64,000 bases of DNA, taken from the NCBI GenBank assembly GCA_951406725.2, contig OX597814.1, forward strand, positions 222,332,001 to 222,396,000, given 5' to 3'. The number at the start of each line of letters is the position of its first letter. The first letter of the stretch is position 1. The notes under the pieces are model-generated. The model did no database searches, was not told the origin of the DNA, and was given only the letters and a program-made list of their open reading frames with translations. This DNA is from Octopus vulgaris. Taxonomy: Eukaryota. Positions 40,491-52,481 of this stretch are shown piece after piece. A program made the translations under genes and the position numbers.

Positions 40491-42412
40491 ACATTTTACC
40501 GTATATTCTACGCAGTCATACTGATTATAATCAAGACCCAGGTTATAAAACGAAACAGTTGAATACTTCTGCAGAATAAATCAAAGATGAAATAACATAA
40601 TAGTTATGTTTCTCATCTCAAATTGCTTTCCCAATCACAGCAAATGTCATATGTTTATATACATGAAAGTGTTGCATAAATTGGTCTAAAATAATTTTGG
40701 AGTTATAACGTCAAGTTATAAAAACCAACTTATTTACCTAGTTTCTAAATTCATTTCCTGCGCAGTAATAGCCATTGATTACTCCAAATCAAGCTGTTAA
40801 TTACTAACCAGTCTGAACACCTAATACTGTAATGAATCAATTAGTGTCCAAAGAAATTTTGACATTGTTTCGAACTTGGTTTCGTTCAGGGTATGAAATA
40901 TTCATATAGAGTAATTAAATCATATAACTCAGGGTGCGTTAGATAATGTATTTATATTTATATGTGTGTGTGTGTGTGTGCGTCTGTGTGTATAATATAT
41001 CTATGAATATATATATGCATGTGTGCGTGTGTGTCTATGTATGTATGTAAGTGTATATATTTAAATCTATATGTGTATGAGTGTGTTTAAGGCTAGTGTG
41101 CATTATACAAGCTTTTTTTTTACAGTATTTTAGGGCGGAAATATTGCCTGTTACTAACATATGAGCATAATAATCTTTTACTCTTTCTTCCACTTCACGG
41201 AAGTGTTGATCAATACCTGATATTTAATTGATAAACCTATGAATAATTTTACAACAATTTTGTGAAATTAGTATCTAAAAAATTAACATAATCTAAAAAT
41301 TAGCATAATTTTAAAAATAGCATAATTTTTAAAAAAATTAACATAATTTTAAAAAATTAGCATTTATTTCTGAGTTAGGGAAAACACTCCCATAAGCTTT
41401 AGTAATTTAATTTAACCAGTAGAAAATATCCTTCGAGAAGATATAACCGGTAAAGGTGGGGAGGTGGTGAAGCCTACATTGCAACATATAAGTAACAAGG
41501 AAACTATATACAAGTGTGCAGTTAACCAGATATTCACTGAGGCACAGTATGAAAGGTTGCCTCCATTTTTATGAAGTCAGTATGCCGCGTTATAAGAAAA
41601 ACGTAATTGTTGTGTTAAGCCATATTTAATTTTATGAAAAAAATATTTGGATTAAAATTCACTTTTTTCTCAAGTCAACTGCAGTCAGTTCCTTGGTATA
41701 TACAGCAAGCTTATTGGTTCCCTATTCATGTGAAGGCGACACCGTCACAAAACAATGTTATGCTTGCTCAGTAAGCGTTGGTCTTAAGTTAAGTAACATT
41801 AACCTCAAAACCAAGAAAATCTATCGCGATTTCATAAATAAAATAGAAAAAACTCAATGCAAGGAACAGCGCTAATGCATTTCCCAGTAGTAAAGAAAAA
41901 AATATCTAATGTGAGGCAAGAATTAGTTTTTAATATATTGGCATAAATTGCAATGAAAATAACTTATTCGTATGTATGCAAAATTTATCGAACCGTAATT
42001 TATGAGCTATATGAAGTTAATACAAATTTACAAGGAGCAATGTCAAAATTATTTTTCAATAAAATACCCTGAGTGGTAATATACAAAATGGCTAAGCAGA
42101 TATTATTCCAACTTCTGACGACGTATTTACCAATATTAAGCGAAAATAATGAGAAAAATATTGACAAAAAGGTACATAATAGTTTCAATATATCATTTGT
42201 TTTAAAATACTTTCGTCACAAATTTTATTTAATAATTATGGCCTGATATAAAAATGTACGGTTATAAAAATGGATTATAATCTAGAAATAACGTAAATAT
42301 ATATTATACAGTTTCTCAGAATAAAAATTCTCTTCACACAAATACATGATTTGTTCGTGAGCACATACATATACATATAAATACAATTAAATAGATATAT
42401 ATGTTTGTATCA

Positions 42413-42472
<60 letters not shown>

Positions 42473-42522
42473 CGCAAACATTTACATACACATACACACA
42501 CCCAGACACACACATAATCATA

Positions 42523-44032
42523 CACTGCGTTTCAAATTACTAAGGATGCAACATTTTAAAAAATTTTATTGAAAAACCTACTTGAAAGTCAACAATATTT
42601 TCACACAATAATGGCAACAGTTATATGCGCGTGATGTGTAAAAGAATTCCGGTTACGCGAAACTACGGCCACTTACCAAATTTACGCAAACTTTCACTGT
42701 TTGAAATTATTAGCGAGGTATAATTAAAACTCATATAAAGAAGAAAATACCAATTTAATTGTTTGGTGCACACAAGGATATAAACACACAGTAATAAACA
42801 GGGGAGAAACAAATAAACAGCGTTCAAAAATGATAGGTGAGTTGGCTAGTAGGGGTTATAGGGGTTGGAAAAGGCGCTGATCCTTGGAACATGCTAATTT
42901 CTAGATCTTCTTGGATGTTATACCACGAGATATATCCACTATTGCCTGCCTCAGTTCATGCTTGCTCATAAATTGGCGTCCATTCTCGTAAATTCGTAAC
43001 TTTAGAGTACTCCTGAAGTTTTCTATTGGGCTAAAGTTGGGGTAACAGGCAGGCCACTTCATCTACTTAGGTCCCCAGGAGCCTAAATGTTGCATATATT
43101 CCGTAGTTTTCTTCGCTGAGTGCGAGGGCACATTATCTCGCATGAATTTTATAGTCTTGAAGGTGATCCTTTGCTTTTTTAACTAAGGTTCAATGTGCTC
43201 TTCCACAGAGGCTATGTAAGCATCTGCAGTCATTCTAACATTGTATGACACTTTCTAAGGACCAATCATAATACCGTCAATAATCACTGCCCATATCATG
43301 ATGACTCCTCCCCCTTGTTGGCGTCTCAAGTGGTGATGACAATCTCGTCCATTTACAACCCATTCCTTGCTCCAGCCATCAGGTCCATCTAGGGTATCAC
43401 GAGTTTCGTCTGTAAAGAAAACTTTTAAAAATTCGACCTTTATTTTATCTTCTGCCCACATTTCAGACGATTTTGTATGTGTATATTGTTTAAAGGAGGT
43501 CTTTTAACAGATACCACTGGTTTACCGATGTTCTGGACACCGTTGTTTTGCCAATGCTCCTGAAAATTTCTCCACTTGTAAGACCTGGTTTCGTTATTGC
43601 TTCATGCTTAATTCATGAGAAACATCCCTAACTGATCCTTGTCTGCTCTCTTACGTACCTTCGTAGGAGGTGTAATAAGGTTTTTCACAGTTCGGTGATA
43701 TCTTCCAATTATTTGATATATTTCTAATGTTGATCTTCCTTTGGAAAGTTCAGAAGTAATGACAGATTTCTCTGAAGCACTTAAGTTACATATATGACCC
43801 ATAATCACACGATTATGAGATCACACGTTAATAATTTGGAAAACTGAAAATTCGTGGAAATCATGCAAATGGCCACGGATTGTTTACACTTGGGCAAAAG
43901 TTCACGATGTTTACATACCCCGCGGATATAACGGTTGATATCCTTCTCTAGAGATTTCTCTGAATTCCAGCGAGTAGTTTTTAAATAAAGTCTTTTTGAA
44001 ATATTAAATCGTTAATAATTTGAAACACGGTG
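42523..44032 (-). mobile_element. Full-length degenerate Tc1-related transposon of the DD37E (TRT) type with long TIRs
   Basis: FTDETRDTLDGPDGW, LRRQQGGGVIMIWAVII, and FMRDNVPSH...FSPIE with 37 codons between D and E (one is a stop); termini cactgcgtttcaaattac / taatttgaaacacggtg; inverted similarity extends about 200 bp. Confidence 0.9.
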
Positions 44033-44033
44033 T

Positions 44034-44913
44034 CCGGGGCACCTAAAATTATCCGGAAACGTTCTCTGTGGGACAAATCCGTAGTAGTTCAGGTTTCCGC
44101 TGCTAGAAGCCACTTGATGTGAAATTCTGGCATCTGTCTTCCAAGGGATGTCCTTACCTAAGTCGTACTACACGTGATGCGTTTTTGGTTTGTAGTGCTT
44201 CTCCCCTGTTCATCGATTTTGCGATGCTCGAAACAAAGGAAAATCGTGCTTCTGTGACATTCTGTTTTCTGCTGGGGAAAACAGCGACCGAAACAGTTGT
44301 GTTTTCAACAGTCTACAAGGATGCTGCTATGAGCAAAACACAAATTTAAGAGATGTTTCTACGCTTTAGTAATAGTCACTAGTTTGAAGACCAACCTTCC
44401 CCCACCCCCGCCCACCGAACGAATGAAAACGTCATGAAAATTCATGAGGTGTTCTCGGAGGACCGTCACTGAACAATTGATGATATTATTGGTCTGTCCT
44501 CAAGCTCCTGCCAACGAGTTTTGAGCGAGGAACTGCGAATGAAAGGAATTGCAGCAGAATTTGTGACTCGCTTTCTTGCAGATCAAAAGCAGTTACGGTT
44601 GAATGCGTGTCGTGAACTGAAAGAATAGTTGGAAGTTCATCGGGATATTTTTTCGACGATCATCACTGGTGACCAAAGCTGGGGCTACAGAATTTGCAGA
44701 TGTGAAAGAGGTGAAGAAAAAAACGACGGATGCGTTAAACGACATCGTTTCGCAAGTATTCTGGCACTGCTTCAGACAGCGGAAAATGCGCCAGCTTCAA
44801 TACATTACTTCAACTGTAGAACACTTTGAAGGCGATAAAAGTGTAAAGATGTAAAACTAATTGAATAAATGTAATATTGCAAATTCCGGTTTGATTTGGA
44901 GGCCCCCACTTTC

Positions 44914-44916
<3 letters not shown>
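44034..44916 (+). mobile_element. Degenerate internally deleted mariner element
   Basis: ENRASVTFCFLLGKTATET...YKDAAMSKTQI, IAAEFVTRFL, IITGDQSWGY, EHFEGD; imperfect TIRs ggggcacctaaaattatccggaa / ttccggtttgatttggaggcccc. Confidence 0.85.
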
Positions 44917-44975
<59 letters not shown>

Positions 44976-45030
44976 GTTTAAATATTTAATATTTATTGGC
45001 TAAACTGGCAATATGACCATTCCGAAATAT

Positions 45031-45072
<42 letters not shown>

Positions 45073-45075
<3 letters not shown>

Positions 45076-45294
45076 CGAAATCAGATCGCCATGTTGATTC
45101 GTTAGCTACTGCACGCATTTTTTTCTCTCCTTCTTTCTGTGTTTTTCTCTCTCTGTGTATCTTTCTGTTGAAGAGCGTAGGCTCGAAACGTTAAAGACTT
45201 GTTTTATTTATATTTCCTGAGCGCCATACTAATACAATTGTTCGTTTGTTTTCCACCTGCCTTCGTCTTTTGTTTATTTTCATAAAGCTTCCCG

Positions 45295-45297
<3 letters not shown>
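45073..45297 (+). mobile_element. Short Penelope-like terminal-repeat element embedded in (TA)n
   Basis: Flanked on both sides by (TA)n; contains a hammerhead motif; second deleted copy at 25055. Confidence 0.7.
45160..45197 (+). ncRNA. Minimal type I hammerhead ribozyme motif (A6U variant)
   Basis: TCTTT-CTGTTGA-A-GAGC-gtag-GCTC-GAAA-CG-TT-AAAGA: stem I TCTTT/AAAGA, stem II GAGC/GCTC, palindromic ACGT stem III typical of PLE minimal hammerheads. Confidence 0.7.
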
Positions 45298-45327
<30 letters not shown>

Positions 45328-45614
45328 TTTAAACATTCAACCGTTTATATTTTCCACTTTCCCGTCTTTTCTCCTTTTTTCCCTAATCCTATAAGTCCTG
45401 TTTTTTTTTGTTTTTTTGTTTTGTTGTTATACCCTGCGACCACAAACTGTGTATTGCGTGAAGGCATCAGACGTGTTCAGAAATACTGTCTGGGTTGCCT
45501 TCATCACAGAGGGAAACTAGTAGTAGATCATTAAAATATATACTGTGTTTATAAAATTTTATGTATATATAAATATACACACACAAACACATAATACATA
45601 CGTACACAGTAACA

Positions 45615-45657
<43 letters not shown>

Positions 45658-45896
45658 GTAGGGATTATATTATTTCCTATTTAATTATTGTTTTGGCACT
45701 TATTGATTTTTAGAATAAAGTATTTATAGTATATGTTTTCTAAATAGAGTGAATAACATCTTTCATTATTGAATTGTTTAATAGACGTTTTTCTCTAAAT
45801 GATATATATATATATATATATATATATAGATAGATATAAAATATATATATATGTAGACATACATAATACATACAAACACAGCCATGCATATACGTG

Positions 45897-45938
<42 letters not shown>

Positions 45939-46052
45939 GGTATAATTATTAATATTAGGGAAGTTATTTCCGTGTCCACAGGGGAGAGAAATTCAATTTA
46001 GTGGTACTAAAATGAATTTTACGCTGTATTATATACATATATATATAAATAG

Positions 46053-46375
46053 GTTTAAGAGACAGAACCACCTTCAATTAACTGAAGCAACATTGAACGA
46101 CATTATCTTTGATAGAGATATATAAGATTATCTTTTATCAAAATTAATGTCTACGATTACTATTCTTAATTTATTTAGACAACGCGTGTTTCATGACAAT
46201 ATACCGATAGATATATTGTCATGAAAGGCGCGTTGTTTAAACAATTTCATTTAATATATGGTTCAGAATAGTAATGGTAGATTCTAATTTTGATAAAAGT
46301 TAACCTTATATATTTCTATCATAGATAATGTTGTTCTTTGTTGTTTGAGTTGCTTGAAGGTGGTTCTGTCTCTTA

Positions 46376-46378
<3 letters not shown>
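46053..46378. repeat. Foldback (palindromic) element 1, arms about 150-165 bp, in (TA)n
   Basis: gtttaagagacagaaccaccttcaa ... ttgaaggtggttctgtctcttaaac; axis catgacaatata-ccgataga-tatattgtcatg. Confidence 0.92.
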
Positions 46379-46422
<44 letters not shown>

Positions 46423-46428
<6 letters not shown>

Positions 46429-46710
46429 TGTTGTGTCTGGGGAGTGTCAGTCTCTTTTGGTGCTTTATAATTTAACACATTCACCGGTGAAATTTTCCCT
46501 CATTTCTTTTTTATTCTTCTAAAATTTTCGTTGCGTCTTACAACCTTTTCAATAATTTTGACCTTTTGAGAGTCAAAACTATTCATAAGGTTGCAATACG
46601 GAACGAAAATTTTAGAAATATAAAAAGAGATAAGAGGAAATTTTACTGGTGTGTGTGTTAAATTATAAGGCACCAAAAGAGAATGACATTCCCCAGACAC
46701 AACAGAATAT
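46423..46710. repeat. Foldback (palindromic) element 2, arms about 140 bp, in (TA)n
   Basis: atattctgttgtgtctgggga ... tccccagacacaacagaatat; axis ttttgac-cttttgaga-gtcaaaa. Confidence 0.92.
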
Positions 46711-46764
46711 GCTTCAACACACAAACTCGCATAAAGAATCTTGCAAACGAAATCCAAAAACGAA

Positions 46765-46862
<98 letters not shown>

Positions 46863-48489
46863 AGAGAGATATAGATATATGCATATGTATTTATATATAT
46901 ATATGTGTGTGTGTGCAAGCGTGCGTATGTGAATACTGTCATAATTATTCAGAATAATGTTGGAAATTTAAAGAAAAAAGGAAGCTATTCTACTTAAGTT
47001 TCTTCATACAATTAAGAGGAAGATACCTGATAATATGAGGTTGACTGATTTCTTGAATTAACAAACATCTTCAAGCGCCATGGGCCTCTTTTTGCTCGCC
47101 AGTGATGTTCGAAGATAAATTATTTGTCAATGAGTGGACGAAATGTTTCCTTGCATTCGATCCTTTCAAGGCCCCACTAACGTCTTGATGCCAGTTGCAT
47201 TGTTTATAAACCACTATGCTTTTTAGTAAAAATTGGTTTTGTGTGTTGAAAGCTGTTAAAAGATTATGTAATTTAATGTTTTCTTAGTTGACTAACAAAT
47301 TTAACCCTGTTCTTTCTAGCAAAGAGGCGCTGATGATCAGTGTGATAGATCAATATATCAATCTTCATCATATAACTTTAGAAAGAAGAGCAAGGTACTT
47401 CTTGGGCCTAAAGAGAAACTGCGACTTACATATATTATTAATAATATCTATGATGTAATGTGAACATAAAAAGTAATTCATATTGTTATATTTTGTATAG
47501 GTTATTAATTATTAAACATAATTGTCATACAGAGCAAGAAGGTATAGTGATGGGGTTATCTCTTGCCATTAACTAGCATTAGCTCATTTTAATATTTGAC
47601 TGGTATATTTAGACATCGTTAAAACTGTCATAGAAATTCTCATCAATGAATCATAAGATCGTTACCAATGTTTCATATTATGATGTGTGTGTTTGTGCTT
47701 AGCGTGTCTATGCAGCTCAGTTATTATGACTTATAGTTATTAGAAGTCAATGACTGACATTACAGACACTATGTCTGTCTTAACTTATCTTCAAATGTTT
47801 ACACAAAGTAAATACAGATATCCACTCAAAGTATACGAACAATGTACATTTTACCAAGTATGGTTCAGAAATTATATGATTGTGAACTTCACAGACATGT
47901 TATCTGGAAAATATTCTTCATGCTAGACTTGCAACTCATGTCGAAAACAAATTGTTTATTCTTAAAAGAATGTTTGAGGAGAAAGCAAGAGTTCAATAAA
48001 TAAACTAATACAATAAATAGTCACTAGAAACATAGGACAGAGTACCATAAAAATGTCAGAGAGGACTTTGTTAACATCCAGTGAGGAAGAATATCTCATC
48101 GACGGAAAAAGAAATACCACCATACATTAAAAGTGTGCTATTCAACATCTTTATCACAAGAATGTTTTCATTCAAATGGACTTGTTTAAACATCAATAAC
48201 GTTGACTATCTGGCTATTAATATCTTTAATCATACAAATAGACAAAATTTTATCAATCAGCAGTGAGCAGTACGAGAGCATGACACGAATGAGTCCACCA
48301 TAGTGCAAACAAAGAGCGGAGCTGGATGTATTTAGTGCCAGAATTATTCGCTTCTTTCCCGATTACACGATGGGATCTTGCATAGAGAAATATAGTTTAC
48401 AATTTTTAATGGAAAATAAGCTAACATATTTAGATGTAAATGAGTAATACATGAATCGTTCGGAAAGAGGTGAGTCATTGTAGACTTAA

Positions 48490-49330
48490 AAATACTTAAA
48501 ACAATGAACAAAATCTTTGGCTCACACAAAATTATCAAAAGCAAAATGCAACCTAAATCATTGAAAAGAAATATTAACCCACGCAAGACTATATCCATTA
48601 ACAACAGAACCAAAAGTGAAAAGATATGGTCGAACTGTGGTACATGCCCTTACCTTTTGGAGGGTTCAGAGTTCTACTTTAAACAAATTGAAATATTTAA
48701 TATTAAATCAAATTTCACCTGTGCCTCGGAAAATCTAATCTATGTCGTTACATACTTAGGGTGTGGTAATAATTATATTGGCCAAACAGGAATATTACTC
48801 CGTCAAAGAACCACTCTCCAGAAAGAACAAATGTGCCACCCACAATACAGAGAGATACAGGTCAGTGAACACGTAGAAATGTGAGCTAGGAATCTTAATC
48901 ACAATTTCCTAATTTTCCACTTCAATCAATGTTCACGGAACACCTCAGTACAATAAAGAATGAATAAAGAGGCAACTTTCATCAATAAATGTCTTCCATA
49001 ACTCAATATGAACACATAACATAATACAGAACACTACTAACCTTTCAATTAATACCACTAACCCCTATAAATCCCATACACCATTCACATTACAGATCTA
49101 TATCTACTCTAATTGCACCAAATCCAGAACTACTTACCACCCTTACTCATAATATTTCTACTCAGAGACTAGTAGACCTGACACTTTTCAGTAATTGGTG
49201 TGCATTCAAATCAAAGATTTGTAATTTTACGAAACCGGTATGGTTTTATATCTATTTTACAAATCACAATAATGACTTTTATTACTTTTATTCCTACCTC
49301 AGTTCATCTAATTATATCTATCATTACTTT
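48490..49330 (+). mobile_element. Penelope-like element 3' fragment: GIY-YIG endonuclease pseudogene plus 3' region
   Basis: CGTCPYL...FTCASENLIYVVTYLGCGNNYIGQTG..LRQR...VSEH (Zn-knuckle plus GIY-YIG, Neptune-like) ending E..FI...P*LN; hammerhead-type remnant cGAAACCGGTA at 49230-49240. Confidence 0.9.
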
Positions 49331-49445
49331 TCATAAAAAAAAACTTTAATTTTTGATTTCCAATGTGCATTTTCACTTATTTTCCTTCTTACTTTCCCCT
49401 AATATTTCCACGTGTAGTTTCAATTTTCTTTTTGCAACATATTTC

Positions 49446-49554
<109 letters not shown>

Positions 49555-49683
49555 CATATATATATATATACAGAGAGAGAGAGAGAAAGAGAGAGATACG
49601 AGAGTGTGTCTGTATCTATATTTATCTCTCTTTTTCTCTGTCTCTCACTATGTACATATGTACATAAACACATTAACAACATA

Positions 49684-50009
49684 ACTTTTATCTTTTACTT
49701 GTTTTAGTCATAGACTTCAGCCATGCTAGAGCACGGCTTTGAAGAATTTTTAATCCAATGAAGCGACAATAGAACTTAATTTTTCTTGTGAGCCTCTTGT
49801 AATCTTTTTCTTTTTTCGAACCGCTACATTACATGGATGTAAACACACCAATACCTACTGACAAGCAGTGGTTGGTGGACAAACAAAAACACAAACATAC
49901 ACGCACGCACACACACGTCTATCTGGATATTTTGTTGTCCCTCTTTTTATCACCTAATTGTCTGGATGTTTTGCATTCTTGTCCCATTTTGTATTATATA
50001 TATATATAT

Positions 50010-50070
<61 letters not shown>

Positions 50071-50095
50071 AATAGATAGATAGATAGACAGACAT

Positions 50096-50150
<55 letters not shown>

Positions 50151-50266
50151 TATGCTGGCTTCTTTCAGTTTCTGTCTACCAAATCCATTCACAAGGCTTT
50201 AGTCGGCCCGAGGCTATAGAAGACGCAAGCCCAATGTGTCACTCGGTGGGACTGAACCAGGAACTA
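49684..50266 (-). mobile_element. Degenerate SINE family A copy with expanded internal microsatellite
   Basis: 5' part at 50155-50266 (ggcttctttcagtttctgtctaccaaatccattcacaaggc...gggactgaacc), 3' part at 49684-49895. Confidence 0.8.
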
Positions 50267-50405
50267 TTTCGTGCTTGTGACTGTATATGTGTATGTGAAC
50301 TGCTTAGACAAATAGTCAGAAAGCTGATAGAGAGATAGAAAGAGAGAGAAAGATAGGTAAATGGATCGATGAATCGATGGATTTATATGAAAAAGTTAAT
50401 CTTAC

Positions 50406-50648
50406 CTGGAATGCGTTCGTAATAATCAGCGTTGGCAAATACTTGTACCCCTTTGACGCTTTCAGGTGTGGCCTCAGTTAACCAGCAGTTTTTCAGTTTA
50501 CGTTCATAGTCAAAGCCCCTGCAATTAAATCTGGTCTCGAGAATGCAGCGCCGTGCACATTCTTCAACGCTGACACCTGGTATTTTCAGGTTATGTTGTA
50601 ACGTTACCACGTGGTTTGGCAGTCGATGAAATAGTTTCTCATAAGCAG
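50406..50648 (-). CDS. Internal coding exon encoding one PAN/Apple domain of a larger, probably extracellular, protein
   Basis: Acceptor ...tttatcttccacag|CT, donor CCAG|gtaag; 243 nt, phase 1-1, open; AYEKLFHRLPNHVV...GVSVEECARRCILETRFNCRGFDY....KNCWLT...ADYYER has the PAN core C-x3-C, C-x-x-F-x-Y, C-x-L and DYYE motifs. Confidence 0.93.
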
Positions 50649-51420
50649 CTGTGGAAGATAAAATAGAGTTGGAAAAACGTGAGACCAATATACACATAAA
50701 ATTGCTTTTCTGCTTTCTCCTCCTCTCTTTCTATCTCTGTCTTTGTAATTTTGTCTGTCTCTCTGTCTGTCTCTCTGTCTCTCTCTCTCCCTCTGCCCTG
50801 TTTCTTTCATTTGCTCATTGACGGGGTATATATACACGCTATTACGGATATGTATATTAATACCGACTTAATATGTATTAGGATTCTATGTGTATATTGA
50901 AGGCTTAATTTTGGATGCACTTCAGAGATTTAAAATGCAGTGTGTGTGTGTGTGTGCATGTGTGTGTATATGTGTGTGAGTGTATTTGAACGAATACTTG
51001 TTAAATAGGGAGCTCTGTAGATAGTGGACTCTTGCGGAAAAACTGGGGGTATGTATATGTGTGTGTGTTTGCCCGTAAGATTTTACATATAACATTCATG
51101 TGTGTGAATATGTGTGGGAATAACGTTTGCATATTTGTGTGTGCGTTTGCGTGAGTGGGTGTGTGCCTTTGTGTGTGTCTGTATTTGTGCGTGTGTGTGT
51201 GTGTGTGCGTGTGTGTATGTATGTTGTTTTGTGCGCTGTGCGTGGGGAAAGTAAACATGTCTGAGAGAAAGGGGAAATGCTGGTATTATAATTTGGTCCT
51301 TATTCTAACATGTTATAGAATTGCTACCAATTCTACAAATTCCAGTAACTAGATAGTATAGTAATTTTAGATACCATGAAGAGGAAAGGAGAGTTCAATT
51401 CAAATCATCAATTGTTAACT

Positions 51421-51647
51421 CGGACTGGCAGAAGCGTTAGCACGCCGATTAAAGTGCTTAGCGGCATTTCGTCTGCCGTTACGTTCTGAAATCAAATTCC
51501 GCCGATGTCGACTTTGCCTATCATCCTTTCGGGGTCGATGAAATAAGTACCAGTTACGCAGTTACGCACTGGGGTCGATGTATGCCCTTTCTCTATCCCT
51601 GTGTGTCCCCTCTATGTTTAGCCCCCTTTGTGGACAATAAAGAAATA
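51421..51647 (+). mobile_element. SINE family B with Tx1-like tail
   Basis: ctggcagaagcgttagcacgccg...tcatcctttcggggtcgat...tttagccccctttgtggacaataaagaaata. Confidence 0.9.
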
Positions 51648-51967
51648 CGCAGGCGTGGCTGTGTGGTAAGTAGCTTGCTAACCAACCACATGGTTCCGGG
51701 TTCAGTCCCACTGCGTGGCATCTTGGGCAAGTGTCTTCTGCTATAGCCCCGGGCCGACCAATGCCTTGTGAGTGGATTTGGTAGACGGAAACTGAAAGAA
51801 GCCTGTCGTATATATGTATGTATATATATATATATAAGTGTGTGTGTTAATGTTTGTGTGTCTGTGTTTGTCCCCCTAGTATTGGGTCGATTTGCTCGAC
51901 TATAGGCGGTGCTCCAGCATGGCCGCAGTCAAATGACTGAAACAAGTAAAAAAGTAAAAAAAGTAAA
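51648..51967 (+). mobile_element. SINE family A with internal deletion
   Basis: Near identical to the 58104 copy but jumps from tccccctagtattg to ggtcgatttgctcgac; (AGTAAAAA)n tail. Confidence 0.93.
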
Positions 51968-52355
51968 GTAGTAAATGTCGTATGAAACTCGGTGTGAAAT
52001 AGAAGTACAGTTAAACAAAGGTGTAATACTGTACGTATTTTGCAGCGAGCTGTATCATTCTGTATCCCATGTTCTATCGATTGAATGGTAAGATAAATAT
52101 CAACATCAATTTATATACTTCTATTGATATATGTGCATATGTTTGTGTGAGTATGTGTGAGTACATATGTATATATACATAATTCCCAAATGAAGAAAGT
52201 ATTTATCCACCAATGCGGAGTTGAGCATTCATCCCAACGTTCTACTTTTACGTATATACATACTTATATGTGTCTGTCTGTGTGTGTATGTATGTATGTA
52301 TGTATGTGTGTATGAATGAATACACATTAGTATATGTTGTTTTTATATGTACATG

Positions 52356-52481
<126 letters not shown>

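Noticed and set aside
41278-41365. Short repeated units aaaaattaacataat resembling an array
   Set aside because: AT-rich minisatellite without unique spacers; not CRISPR-like, and the context is eukaryotic.
47027-47252. Minus-strand segment with good acceptor and a possible donor
   Set aside because: Stops in all three frames soon after the acceptor.
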